This document shows, piece by piece, positions 24,236-37,280 of a stretch of 64,000 nucleotides of DNA (position 1 is the stretch's first letter; the number at the start of each line of letters is the position of its first letter). Below the pieces are notes generated by a model. It did no database searches, had not been told where the DNA came from, and saw nothing but the letters and a program-made list of their open reading frames with translations. The stretch is from Pavona decussata (taxonomy: Eukaryota), in contig CDRNST010000104.1 of NCBI GenBank assembly GCA_977016875.1, positions 5,518,001-5,582,000 of the forward strand, written 5' to 3'. A program made the position numbers and the translations under genes.

Positions 24236-27200
24236 CGCCTTTTATCTTGGAATTTTAAATTTCATATGCTTTTATTTTCCACTGATTTTGACTGACATTT
24301 CTCATTAATAAACCTATTTGGGAAAGAAGCCGGCAATTGTAAATGTATGCACTTTGGTCGAGGAAACGTCAATCACTAACAACTTACTGTTGTTCCACGG
24401 ATGATCATAACAAGTACACGGCCGTGTCGTCGAACTGAAAGTTTCGAGAACTTCCCGGGTCCATAAGTATTTTCTCAAATGCGATTCGGTCATTTCAGGG
24501 AAAACTATTCCAAGGTGTCACATATAATTATAAATGTGCTAAAATTTAGCTTTCGAAATCTATAAATGGCGCTTTACACATGAAATGTTTTTCTAAGGCA
24601 CCAAGGTTATTGGAACGTTCGAGAAACGTACGTCACAAGTCCGTTCCTCTTTAGTTCCGGTGAACTACAGCAGCGGAAAACTTAATGTTCACAGTGTTCC
24701 TCAACTGGGATCAAAGTTTTATTGATTTCATATTTTGAAAGCTACTCTTTAAAATTTTTGTGAAGCGCATTGGGAAAGTTTGCACTTATAACAAACTCCA
24801 ATCGATGATACGGGGGATAGTACGTAATTAGGCTTTCAAGCAACGGACCAGCCTCGATTCTGGAACGCTCCAATAACCGGCTCACCGGGATCAGCATTGC
24901 GGGTTTTTAGTTCCGCTTTAAACAGATCGAATTGGTTGTGATTTGTAGCGAAAACTTCCCGATGTATTCCACGACTTTTGAACATTTTGAAATCAATGAA
25001 CGTTAGTTAAATCATTCAGACGGATACTTGTCGCTCACGGTAAGTTATTTTTTTGAGACTTGCGAAAAAGGGAAGCCTGGGATTAAACAATTAATTTCAT
25101 AATAGCGAAGTAAGAATCAATTCAGCAAAAGCTCAATATAGCCACAATCTAGCATTGCCTAAGGCAAATAAACCGGGAAAAATGTATACAAAAATTGAAA
25201 TAAGACCTTCCAATAATTTTCACAAAACAAAAAACAAATATTAGGATCTCTGACACCTTACTGCTTTAGATTAATCAGTAAAATAACTTTGCTTCATAAT
25301 TTTATTGAATTATCTACTGACTGACTGATCTAATTATGCCTGCGGGCAATGTTCTTTGAGATATCTTGCTTTATTGCACTGAATTCTGCTCGGATAGCTG
25401 ATTTCTTCCGTTGAACATAAAATTCACTTACTGTGCTTAGTATGATTAGATGTGTGAGTCACCTTGAGTAAGGCGATTCCTTATATTCTTTGAATTGAGT
25501 GTCAAGTATCAACGCTCAGTTGAAGCAAATGCTGACTGTTTCATCTGTGAGGAGAATCTTCTGTGTGAATTGGTGAAATTCTCTCTATTTATTGTTTTTT
25601 TTTTTCAAACATTTTCCATTTTGTGATTATTTTGTGAGTAATTTGTTCTTTTTCAAATTAAGTTACCTCTTTCTTCGTAATTCTGCTCAAATTCCGCTCC
25701 AAAAATGGCTTATTTTCCCGGCATAATGCTCGAAACAGCGAACGTCAATAAGGCTTGTTATGCTCCATTATCCGTGCTATTGTTATTTCTACTAGCTGAG
25801 CTACCAGGTATTACAGCAAACATTTTAATGTGTTTACCAAAATATCATATTCATAGACATTAATTTGACGTTCTTGACAAGAACAAAAGGCAAGAATTAA
25901 AGAAAGATCTGCCTTGATTGTTATGAAAGACACCCGGCCTACATACGTTAATGCATGTTGTGGTCTATATTTATCTTAAATTGAGTGATATCAATTAACG
26001 TCCTAGGCAACTGCATGTGTTTAGTATTTAACACTTCGTGTCTTCAAATAATCATTGCTACCTCCATTAAGTCACCTTATTTTACAAAAGCGGCGACTGA
26101 AGATAATTCAAAACTTTAGCTTACCGAATGAAAGTTCGCTTTGTCTAACCTTTAATATATGATCTTGTATTCACATATCATAGAGAATCGATTAATACGA
26201 AAAAGACTAAATTACGGTTATTGGTTTTCTAGCGTTTTGATTGGCTAAAAGAAGACGGAAAATGGGCTAATAATCCTGTTTAATATTTATAAGTCGAAGC
26301 ACGTGTCAGTCAAAAAATGAGAAATGTTTTGCTTTGGAAAGAGGCAGCTGGGTGAATTAATGGGCGCCAAAACTCGCATTGAAATGAAATCAAGCTACAG
26401 CGAAATTCTGACAGTGTCACCGAAATGCAAATGAAATTAGAATAGATGTTTTTATATATCCTGTGTGGTTGAATTGCTTTAGCCTTTGAAGTGATGGCGT
26501 TGTGCTTACCAAGCTAAAATAATGCAAACGGAAAGTTTGACACGAAAATCTTATAATTGGACGACTTTTTCGAAAAATCGTTCTCCTCCGATTTGAACAA
26601 AGCAGTTTTGCCACCGCTTAACTTTGCCAATAAATCAGTTCCACGACACATCCATGCAAGGATTTGGCAACCTTTTCGTTTTGATATGTGATACTTGTTT
26701 AATTTTTCTGTTTGCTCTGTCTCGACTCTGTCACTGCTCCTTTTTGAATAATAGCGCATCTGTTTCGGCAAAATTTTGGCTTAAATATTAGTTGGGAAAG
26801 CCGTTGCAACAGATGTTTTTTAACTTGGCCGCTAAAACCCTTTGAAACTTGATGAAATGAACGAATAAACAACCTTTATTTTGTCAAGAGAATTACATCA
26901 GTAAAAAGCTACTGCCTTACAGAAAGTCCTTGTTAGAAACTGAGAAAAACTAGTTATCACTCATGTATCAAGAACAATGTTTTACCCTAGCTAATCGACG
27001 GGATTGCTGATCGATTTTCGGAGGCAGAGAGAAGAAGCAGCGCTGCTGTTCTAAGGTATGGAGTGACATATTTTTGCCTTAGTAACAGGAAAAGCTGCAA
27101 ATTCTGTACAAAGCTCATTTGGGAAGAAAAAGTCGTCTTTCACTCTACCTTAAGGCTTACTCTTACAAAGTGAACATAAGCACAAGGGTATTGACAGGTG

Positions 27201-27429
27201 CGATAAACATAAGCATTTTAAGTGACATACGCAGGCGCAGTCTAAGGAAATTTTCGCGCCAAAAGTTGGAACCAATGGCGTACAAGAAGGAGGAATATTA
27301 TGAAATTCGAGATCATGGGTCCGAGATGCTAAACTGAGCAAAGTACATCAAATATTGTAAGAAGTTCCTTTGATGCAAAAAGACTAACAAAACTTGCAAT
27401 ACAAAAAACACACATCAATGGAGGAAAAT

Positions 27430-28005
27430 CCGTCGCAGTTATTTATGCGAAAAGAAATTCTTTTCAGACGTTCTTTTCTTAACTGCTTATGTTGCGTAAA
27501 TAAGTGCGAGGGTCTTTCTTCTATTTGATGTTCCCCCACAGTTCAGATATATGTTTTCGTTTATTCATATTTATTCATCTTTCACGGGTATGTTACAAAC
27601 CGGGCTCGAATCACTAGTCAAGCCTGAATTTTTTTCAGGCTTTCTTTTCGCAGCTGCTTTTACTGAAAAGTTGCGTAAATAACTGCGAGTGTCTTTCCTC
27701 AATTTAATCTTCCACCGGCAGTCCAAATATATGTTTTCATACTAATTCATATTTATTTATTCTCACTCCTCGGGTATATTACGAACTCACAATATGACCA
27801 GCTCCCAGTTGGCTTGAGAACTCAGTTGGTAGAGCACTGCACCGGCATTGCAGAGGTCATTGGTTAGTTCCGGTTGAAGCCAAAATTTATTTGAGGCTCT
27901 TTTTTCGCAACTGCTTTTAAAAGTTGTGTAAATAACTGCGAGGGTCTTTGTTCTATTTAATCTTCCACCCGCGGTTCAAATAAGTTTCATATATTCATAT
28001 TCATT
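27430..28005 (+). repeat. tRNA-containing repeat family, three tandem units
   Basis: gttgcgtaaataa.tgcgag.gtcttt..tatt..atc at about 27491, 27670 and 27922; tRNA-like ggcttga..actcagttggtagagcactgcaccggcattgcag..tgaagcca at 27811-27882. Confidence 0.85.
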
Positions 28006-28869
28006 AACACTATTAAAAACCACCTCAATCGCCTAGAGATACTGAAATCGAGTCGAGTTACTGTGCAACTTATTGAAAACTAAAAAGTTAAAGTTGTTCA
28101 ATTATTTTCATTAAGGGGAGTGGATAAAGTACAGGCCTACAATTTAAGAAAACAAGTTAGGATGGATACTCCAATTCAACATCTCAAGAAAAAAAAACCC
28201 GGCAAAAACTGAGAAAAGGAACACTGAAAGTTAAAAATTGAAATATGGAACAAATAAAATTTACAAAAGCAGTGCCTCAAAGCTGACATATATGAGACGA
28301 AATTGAATTCATCTCAAACTAACATTATCCAATGTCATAAACGACTATCCTCCTCAATTCTTTTTTGATCGGTTTTCAGTCCAACAGTATATTCGAGAAT
28401 CTCTTGAAGCCAGCCGATCAGTTTCCAAAGGAAATCGCTTGTAAAAGATTTTAAATGAACGTACCAGATCGAACTGAGAGGATGCGAGGCACTTAAAACT
28501 TACCTGGAAAACGTTGATTTTGAAAGAACTTAGAACAACTGAAAACAAATGTGAAATAGCTTACCTCCTTTCTTTCGTAGATTTGATGCAACGTTTTTCA
28601 AATTGATGCAAGGAATAACAAAGCTGACGTATCGTTGACTCAGACCAGATGCAAACGAAGAGAGCCCGATGAATCTCACTCTTTATAATGTGTGGCTGTC
28701 AGGGGACAAGCTGTATTTACAAACAAATGGCCTATATGAAAGAAATGCGATGTTATTGTATGAATGATAGATGATTTTTCAGTGAGTGATATGTGTCAAA
28801 GAAATGTGATGTTAATGACTTTTTTTTCACGTATCCCACACATCGAGTAAGCAGGATGTTTATAACTTG

Positions 28870-28990
28870 AACCTATTTTAATGGTATAGCATCCGAACTA
28901 GAAATCGGAAGTTCATAGGTTCGACTCCTGTTGGGAGAAAACAGATTTTCTTTTTTCCGAGTTCGTCTATATCACTGACTGAAAAAATAC
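28870..28990 (+). mobile_element. tRNA-headed SINE fragment (second copy on the minus strand at about 46925-47010)
   Basis: ggtatagcatccgaactagaaatcggaagttcataGGTTCGACTCCtgttgggag (B box). Confidence 0.6.
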
Positions 28991-30248
28991 ATCTATCAAC
29001 AATATTATAATTAAAAAAAAAAAAAGAAAAACTTAACAGAGAGATTTAGAATTACGGCAGAAATGACTACTTGACCATGTTAAACCCATATTTGCCGCTC
29101 GCTCTTTTCAGTTTCTCAGTAAAATTGAGCGGTTTTGTGTTAGCATCAATGGTCAGAATTCTGTTTGCACTATTCTCATCTGTGTATTAACTTTTTCAAG
29201 AAAACATAAACGCAAATCTCACGTTTGCCGTTTGCCAAAAATTGCGATAACGCTAAAATGAAGGGGAATGAGGAAAGCGTTCCCTCAATTTATCAAAATA
29301 AGAGCAAACCGATTTAATTCAAGGAGTTAAACATATGTGATCAAAGTGAATGAAGATAGAAACGACTTCCTGTTGAACAAATAACAGTAAAGCGTGGTAG
29401 GGTAAATATACGAGTGAACCATTTTATCTGTTACTTCTTCCTCTATTTGCTGCGTGCGATTTTGGAGAGTACAATGTTTGTAAGTGGACATGGACACGGA
29501 AACTATTATCAATTTATTCAGGGAGATGAACAACCCTCGTTCTTCAATAGGTAAATTGCGTCTATTTCACATTCAGTTACCTGGTTTTTATGTTGTATAA
29601 TTATATTGACAAGTAAGTCAGAAACGCACCGTTCGTGACTTATACAGCGATGAGCAATCGAACACGCACTTGTCCTTACTCGTTGAACTGATTCCCCATT
29701 GGCTGTGGCGTTAAAAGTTCCTGTATAACTGATACCATTTCCTGTTAACAGTTCTTGAAAACAGAAAATATTGATCGGTTTTTAGTTCTGGAAGTTTACT
29801 TTTGGAGTATAGAGTGTCAATATGCTATCGAATAGATGTCTTTTTGCCTCACCGAACGTTTGTGATCTACATGTTAAAATACTGAGTATATATGCCTGAT
29901 TGACAGAGATTGACAACTCTTCACTGAATTCAAAAGGCAATTCTCTGTTTTGTATTGGCCATAAAAACCTCAATGTTATCACAGAACAGAGGCCCTTTCC
30001 GTGACATCTAAAAATATTAAAATATTAAATATTAAATTTTGTTTATTAAAATCGTGCGACACTGTCCGCCCGCCAATGATTATTTTTACGGACAATGTTC
30101 GGACTGGGGAAAGAGGCGCGAGGCTCGCAGCACTTCCAGGCATTAATCGCTGGTCAAATGGATGCTTTCACCTTCAGTGCCACGCGTAGTGCGCCCTTAG
30201 ATTAAACAGTTGAAATATATATTTTGTCAGAAAACAGTGTCAATGTCA

Positions 30249-30349
30249 TACTTGTAGCCTACACGGAAGCTTTTACTTTTGATTGCAACTCTCGCCCTAC
30301 TTGTAACCTACACGGAAGCTTTTACTTTTGATTGCAACTCTCGCCCTAC
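30249..30349. repeat. 49-bp tandem duplicate
   Basis: tacttgta.cctacacggaagcttttacttttgattgcaactctcgccc occurs twice. Confidence 0.9.
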
Positions 30350-31009
30350 CAGCCACCCCACAGAAACTATTTGCACCGAAAGAATTATACCAGTACCACC
30401 TCCCCTGGGGAGAATTTGTCTTCCCTTCAGTCCTGCCGACTGTTCAAATCTCCCGCTCGTATGGTAATCGGAAATTTTGAAAAATCCCGCGAGTATTTAG
30501 AAGCTGTTGCCGCCATCGTTTCAAAAGGCCATATAGGTTCAATTTTAGGTCGTATAACAAAGCCTACTATAATGAAAGTTGATCTGCTTTTCTTGATACG
30601 TCTAAAATAATGCTTGGATCCCTTATTTAGTTGAATAACAGCACGGAGTTCTTAGAACGGGCGTTGATTTAAAAGAAGTCGAGTGTTCCGCAGGGTAACC
30701 GAATACTCTATAGCTGTGTTATAATCACGTACTAAACATATAAATTTAAGCGTAAGCTTAAGTGCCATTTGAATCCTCTTCAGGACAATATCGATAGAAG
30801 AGACAACAGCCACTCCGCTGAAACCCATTGAAAACTGCCTTATATTGTCTTAACAATTGCCGCACGTTTCGTACTTTGCACACGAGCCCACTGGGAACCC
30901 CTTACAGTTACCTCCAGATTAATGTTCATCTTCATCCCCTGTAAATTTAACCAAGAACTGATATGCACAAGTTAAAACTCGAGATGCTTATGATGTAGAA
31001 TCCAGAATC

Positions 31010-31620
31010 CTGATGGTGACAGAAGCTCCTGTGCTAAGTTACTATGATCAGTCAGGCGAGTTTGCTATCCAGTATTATGCAAGAAATACTGGTAAACCTG
31101 TACCTGGCTTTCCTTGATTGGGGAACTCACCTGATCAAGGAATTACTACCAGCCCTGTGCAACGGCTGATGGGCAGGAAAACAAAAAACGCCAAAGACAA
31201 CCTAGCCTGAAGTCCACAGGAGAAAGTTAAGAGAACGTAAAGAAAATCCAAGCCAAGTACTACAACAGGACCGCGAAGGACCTTCCCAACCTGTCTGAAG
31301 GGGTCATTCAAACTAGGCGTCAAGACGTGGCCTAAAGTCCAGATAACAGCAAGACTAGATGAGCGATCGCACGCTGTCGAGAACCAAGAGTGGAGCAGTC
31401 TACCAGAGAAAGAGGCAGCACCGGAAGAAAACATCAGAGTCACCGATCCAGCCCACTCAGTAAGATCAAATAGAGACGCCTAGCATCTCCAAATTAGCTG
31501 TGTCCAGCTCTCCTAGCTTAACCGAAGAACCTGTTGACAAGCCGATAGCATAGACCACAGCGTGACAGAAGACCTCCGGCGTACATGAAAGACCATGTTT
31601 GCTCATGACTAACCGCACTA
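31010..31620 (+). mobile_element. Ty3/Gypsy pol remnant (RNase H start joined by deletion to the integrase C-terminus)
   Basis: VTEAPVLSYYDQSGEFAIQYYA, then SPVQRLMGRKTK, QAKYYNRTAKDLPNLSEG, RLDERSHAVE. Confidence 0.75.
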
Positions 31621-32220
31621 ACCCATTAACCCTTTTGTTAAAGTTTCGAAACTGATCACATTTGCTATTTATTTGAAGTATTTTATTGTACTTTGGACTA
31701 CTAGTTTTCAAAGGAAGTGATTAACACTTTTTTTTTGAAACAGAAGATGTTACAATATACATATGATTTTATAATCGTCCTTAGGATAACTCCATTCACC
31801 AGTGTAGCCATGGCCTCGCCACTTGGCCCATTATTTGCTAATGTGTCATATAGAGAACCAACTACAACAGCGCGACATGATCACAACCTACTATCGAAGA
31901 TAGGTCGTCGACACACTGGTGACAATGCCCAACACAGAATCAGCGACAGATTTCGTCCAACTACCTAATAAAGTACAGCCAAGCTTGGCTTTTACTATGG
32001 AGCTTGAGCAGGCCTGGCAATAGCTTAACAAATGAAGTTTATACAAAAGAAACTGAAACGGAACTCCTGCTCCTTCTCAAGAGCGTCGTCGACAACTGGC
32101 TTAAAAGGAGCTTAGTCAAAACCATGGTTGAGCTCTCTCGACTAAATGTGACAAGCTGCGCACCATGTTTTCAATGACGTACTATCCCAAAGAAATTCTC
32201 GACTCTAGCATACAAAAAAC

Positions 32221-34220
32221 GGGAATCCCGAATCATGGAGTTTGGATTCGAGTTCGAGTTCGAGTTGGACTTCGAGTTGGAATCGGAGTTGTACTACTAT
32301 AAAAATACAAAAAGCAAAATATTTCGTTATTTTTTTTACTAATATAAAAATACAATAAGCAAAATACTTCGTTATTTTCGAGAGAGCGCGCTCTGGAAGG
32401 GCTCCCAAATGAAATCGGACCCCCCCCTCCCCCCTTCTTCCCCAAACGAAGGATGGCACAAGTATACGATTTCTTTTTTCGAAAAATGTACCGTGTAGCA
32501 TGAAAATTTTGCGGGGTCTAATTTTTGCGGATTAACATCGATCCGCAAAAATTAGTTCCCGCAGAAAAAAACACCCGCAAAATAAAACGCCGCAAAAATT
32601 AACTCCCTTCAGTCAAATTAAAAACTCCACTTTTAATAGATCGAAGCCACTGGGGCGATATACATTGGACTTAAACAGACCAACCATGCTCTAGTGGCGC
32701 TTCTGCGGCGGCCTGCACAGAAGTTATTTCAACTCTTGAAACTTCAACTGAACAAGAGAGTTATTATCATCGACTGAGTCTGCCTCATTGCGTTACAGTA
32801 GGGCAAAGTTTTTGCATTTTAGCAGGCCGCTCCCAGTAAGGTTTCAAAGTACTTGCTACATCTTTCACACGACTGAAGCCCCTCTGTATGCCTAGAAAGG
32901 TTTCAGCTACGGGTAATTCAAACATTCATACTGCTTTCTTATAAAATAATATAGTGTTTGGTTGTGCATGGTAGGCCAGGTAGGCTTTTTGTTTTGTTTC
33001 GTTGTTGTTCAGTCCCTTCACGCAGCAAGGTATTACAGTGATATGTCTCTAATACGTAATTAAGTAGAGTGAACTTGGACTCAACAAACCGTACAATAAA
33101 AGTTAAAAGTGTTAAGGTTTCTTCTTAAATGTCCTGCTACTTGAACAGAGCATCGCAAAAATAAGTTCCCAGCAAAAATTTCAGTCATCTCGACCCGCAA
33201 AAATTTGTTCCCGCAAACCACAAAAACTCGCCAATCCGCAAAATAAAACTCCCGCAAAATTTTCGTGCTACACGGTAGGTACTAAGCATGGTCTATACGA
33301 AAAAGAAAATGGTGTACAACAAAAGAAAACAGTTTCGATCTGTTCAATTTAAAAATACCAACGAATTTTCAATACGGCAAATATCCCTACCTGAACTCCC
33401 TTGTCTGTTGTCCTTTCTCCCCTATGTGGTTTTTGGAACGATTGAGCGCAATTTCAGTAAGTTTTAGTTCCATTGATTTTCTCTCTTGTATGGCGATACA
33501 TTATAAGTGTTGTCTTCGTTTCATCATCGATCTAAACAGTCTTTAGGAAGATACCGAATAAACAAATAACGCCGGTTTTGTCGTTGGATTTATCTGTCCG
33601 TAGCTTTATATGCTTAGACGGTCGAGTGGCTTAGTATTAAACTACAGTAGGTCAGATTTTTAATTACCCGAATGATATAGCCTGGCGGTTAGTTGTCTTT
33701 TCCGTGCATTTATAATTTTGAATTTTCTGCGTAGCTAGTAATCGCGGGTTTGTTTTCTCATCCATACACTTTCAATCGGCTCCCACCAGTTCGAGTGCGA
33801 GTAACTCATATTCATTTTGTAGGGGCTATACATAGAGAAGCTCGGCAGTTCGCCAGTCAAATAGACTGACAAGTTTTATTCAAGCGGCTCAGCGGCTCGC
33901 CAGTCAAATTGAGTTTGTTGATACAACGTGATTGAACAAAGCGTCTGATTATTACGCGTCTGTTGAAATAATACAAGCGGTGGTGGTCCCCTGTGAGAAA
34001 ACGATCGTCGCCCGAACGGTAGAAAGAGGCGTAAGCGATTTTTACGGATGATTTTTACCGATTGATAACGGAAATCGGTGAAAATCGATAAATTGATTTC
34101 GTGTGTCAAATCGATATTATCGATTTTTCATGAAGTCCAACTCGAAGTCTAACTCGAAGTCCAACTCGAAGTCCAACTTGAGCTCGAACTCGAACTCGAA
34201 TCCAAACTCGATGATTCCCT
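32221..34220. mobile_element. MITE with (TTCGAG)n-rich TIRs, inserted in the Penelope element
   Basis: gaatcatggagtttggattcgagttcgagttcgag.. / ..ctcgaactcgaactcgaatccaaactcgatgattccc. Confidence 0.8.
32491..33275. mobile_element. TA-flanked MITE nested in the previous MITE
   Basis: TA|CCGTGTAGCA.GAAAATTTTGCGGG ... CCCGCAAAATTTTCGTGCTACACGG|TA; subterminal ccgcaaaa repeats. Confidence 0.88.
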
Positions 34221-35667
34221 ACTCTCACAAAAAACCAGCCAAAAACAGAGAGAACAAAACACAATTCCACAGGATCGATCTGTGTACATAAAATTACCTT
34301 TTAAAGATCAGCGTTCAGCCAATCGCGTCCGCAAAGAAATACAATCACCAGGATCCAAGAGCGATATCAACATGCAACCTGTTTCTACAAGCGAGAAATT
34401 ATCACAAATTCTGGGTGTAAAGGAAATCAAGCCTCTTATTGTAAACACACAATGCGTTGTTTATCTTTTCTAATGTTCTTTGTGTGATGCAAATTATGTT
34501 TTGTTGATGCAGGTGTCGGGCATTGTATCCTACATGGGCACACTGCCCGACACCTTCATCAACCCATCAGTAAGCATTATTATTCTGCCATCGCAAAACA
34601 TCTCGTCACAAAACGTGGTTTGGACAAAAAGGAACCTACTGGCCGTCTTTCTAAAGTTGAAAGAATTGTACAAGCAAGATGGACTGCTTGAATTATGAAA
34701 TGCTCTTCATCAAGGACATCAACCCTTCTCTAAACACTCAAACTGGTTCGACTCGCGCCAAGCGTTTTACCTAACACTAGTTATTTTTTATTAAGTTCAG
34801 TTCAACTTTTTGAATCGTACCCATAGAGGCATGTAAAAAAAATTCTATGTTGTTTTATTATCTATATATTTTTACCATTTGCCATTCAGTCCTACTTTTG
34901 ATTTGATAATGACGTGAAGTAACGCAGAAACGTCGTCAGTTTTTGAAAAGTTTTAAAGTTTTTCTTATGTTATGAACGTCTTGGCGTTGAATTTTGCCGT
35001 GAATGCTATTTAAAATCTCGTTATAACTATAATTTCACAATAGGATCGAATGTTGGAATTGTATTGACTTCGCTAGGTACACTCAATAAATGGAGCTTGA
35101 AACAAAGACGTCTTCGCTCTGATAGTAAATCATTTTGCAATTCTACTAACTTCCACATACATGAAGCAACTATACCCATGGCATTAACATCCTGAACAAA
35201 TTTATGTGACTACCGAGATTAGAAAAAATGAATTTTTCCTCAATAATTTTTGGAAACTGTGAATTTACTATATTGGAAGCAGGTCTAAATATTATACCTA
35301 CCCTTTTTGTAAATAGTACATGTATGGTCAAAATTACCAAATCGCCACTTGGCCAGAGTTGGTTTCAATCATCGAGTGCCAGATAATTTTCTTTGAAATA
35401 GTTTATTCAACAGGAGAATAAAACGAGAGTACGTATCAACTAATTAAGCGACATTTACGTTGTTCGAAGTTTTAAATTGCTTCTCCGCCAAATCAATAAA
35501 ACTGTTTATTCAGTTGCATTTGAATCGACACATCCAAACTTAGAACTGACATGTATGCCACCACTCACATTTGATATTTAACATATCAATGTTAACTGAT
35601 AAACACCGACCAATTCTTCATTTTCCCAAGCATTTTACTGCGCGCAAGTTTCTTCCATATTCATAAA

Positions 35668-35886
35668 AGGCCGATTTAGACGGTACAACTTTTGCTTACG
35701 GCTGTCGCATGCGATTTCTAGAGCGCGCGCTACTCGCGTCATGCGAAAGATCGCACATAACTCTCGTCACTCAACATTGCCTATACCTACCATTGTCTAA
35801 GGATTTTACAGGGCGATTTACACGGTACGACTTTACGCGTGGCGAAACGAGAAGCCATCTTGTTTCTCTTCGGCTGCTCGGAGGTG

Positions 35887-35923
<37 letters not shown>

Positions 35924-35965
35924 AGCGCGCCCGAAAAGCACTATTAACTTGTGTGGTTTATACTA
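35668..35965. repeat. Adjacent fragments of two non-autonomous repeats
   Basis: ggccgatttagacggtac / gggcgatttacacggtac direct copies, then the hairpin gctcggaggtgaatag..ctaatcacctccgagc. Confidence 0.5.
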
Positions 35966-36097
35966 AAAAAATATATTCGCTTATTTTCTATCTCACTTTA
36001 TGTTAAAAAAAATCCACACTGAGAAAGCATATACATGCACTGAAACGATTGGAAGAGATATCAAAGAAAGACTGTAGCGGTAGCTTGAGCGATAATA

Positions 36098-36955
36098 TTA
36101 GGTGATTTGAATTAAGTCGTCTAGATCTTCGATCATGCTTAGCTTGAAGTTTTTTGTTTTGCGAACGAAGATCTTTCCATCCATACTCAACACGCTGTCA
36201 AACTGTCCATCTTTCTTCATTTTCCAGGCTGCTGCCATCATTCCTTTGCGTCTAGCTGTTAGATTTACATTGATGAATATCTTGCTTCCCGCCTTGTTAA
36301 CTTCTAGTCGCACAATTTGCGAGAGATTGACCTCTTTCAGCATGAATCTACCTTTGTAGAATTCTTGCTTCTTACGGTGGGTGGTAAAGCGTACGATAAT
36401 GGGTTTCCTTGCTGGTGGTTTTCTGTAAAGGCGATGTACGATTTCTACGTCTTTAAATTTAATGTCAACCGACATAGCTTGCCCCAACTTGGAAACGATT
36501 TCTGGCAAATTCTCGTCCTTCTGTTCCGGAATTCCAATAATTTCAACGTTAAATTTCCTTGTGTACTGTTCCAGCCTGTCGTTTTCGTACACCAGATTAG
36601 TTAGGCGTTCTTCTAGATTCATGACAGTTTCGTTGACTTCGATTACTTTACAACTTGTCGAATCCGCCTTCGTAGAAAGCTTCTTTTGCCACGGCTTTGC
36701 GTCGGTGAATTGAATTGATTCTTTAAGTGTCTCCATCTCTTTCCTTAAATGCTGGTTTTCTGCAAGAAACTTACTCACATTTGTTTGAATTTCCATTAAT
36801 ACTTTCCAGATTTCTTCTGGCGTCGGAGTTTTGTTATTTGCGGCTTCTTCGGTGATTGGAGTCGATTTGGTAGTTGTGGCTACTCGCTTCATAGCTGGTG
36901 AGTTGTCGTCGCTGGAAGCGCTGCTGAGTTGGCTTCTTTGTCTTCGACGGGTCAT
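36098..36955 (-). CDS. LINE ORF1 protein (coiled coil + RRM-like + C-terminal domain), open 285 aa
   Basis: Heptad region followed by LEQYTRKFNVEIIGIPE..ENL, IVHRL, PIIVRF, IFINVNLT, DGKIFVRK; 5' UTR-like sequence up to about 37075; no ORF2 downstream. Confidence 0.85.
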   Translation of the reverse strand: MTRRRQRSQLSSASSDDNSPAMKRVATTTKSTPITEEAANNKTPTPEEIWKVLMEIQTNVSKFLAENQHLRKEMETLKESIQFTDAKPWQKKLSTKADSTSCKVIEVNETVMNLEERLTNLVYENDRLEQYTRKFNVEIIGIPEQKDENLPEIVSKLGQAMSVDIKFKDVEIVHRLYRKPPARKPIIVRFTTHRKKQEFYKGRFMLKEVNLSQIVRLEVNKAGSKIFINVNLTARRKGMMAAAWKMKKDGQFDSVLSMDGKIFVRKTKNFKLSMIEDLDDLIQIT

Positions 36956-37159
36956 CTTTTATATTAAGCGATACAATATGTTGCAGAAAGCAAAAACCGT
37001 TCTATCTGTTCTTTTTTGGGGCGAGAAGACGCTACTACAAAAACACGCGTCCGTACATTACGACCATCTCGCCCCAGTCCGTGACGCAGTAAATGATAAT
37101 TCTCTCTGGTTAATCGAAAACAAGAATGGTATCTTATCAATCTTGATGAAAAAGGCGAG

Positions 37160-37280
37160 AATTGAGTAATCAATGGGTAATCAATGCATAATAAATAACA
37201 TAAATGAGTAATCAATGGATAACCAATGCAAAATTAATAACATCAATGAATTATTAATGACACCAATGAGTAATCAATGA
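37160..37280. repeat. Degenerate minisatellite (gagtaatcaatg / aataacat)
   Basis: Repeated taatcaatg motifs. Confidence 0.7.

Larger units (their letters stand above)
31795..34965 (+). mobile_element. Degraded Penelope-like element (RT + GIY-YIG), split by a nested MITE insertion
   Basis: VAMASPLGPLFANV, LAFTMELE, VYTKETETELLL..KRSLVKTMV before 32220; LPFKDQRSANRVRKE..KPLIVNTQCVVYLF*CSLCDANYV..HLHQ..EMLFIKDINPSLNTQ after 34220. Confidence 0.88.

Noticed and set aside
27811-27882. Functional tRNA gene
   Set aside because: A and B boxes are degenerate, there is no U before the anticodon, and it is embedded in a multi-copy repeat.
27430-28005. CRISPR-like array
   Set aside because: Units are long and diverged, with no unique equal-length spacers and no cas genes; eukaryotic context.
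34103-34291. ORFs with SKSN repeats (also 32205-32501 and 61109-61522)
   Set aside because: Translations of TIR hexamer repeats or the CAAA microsatellite.
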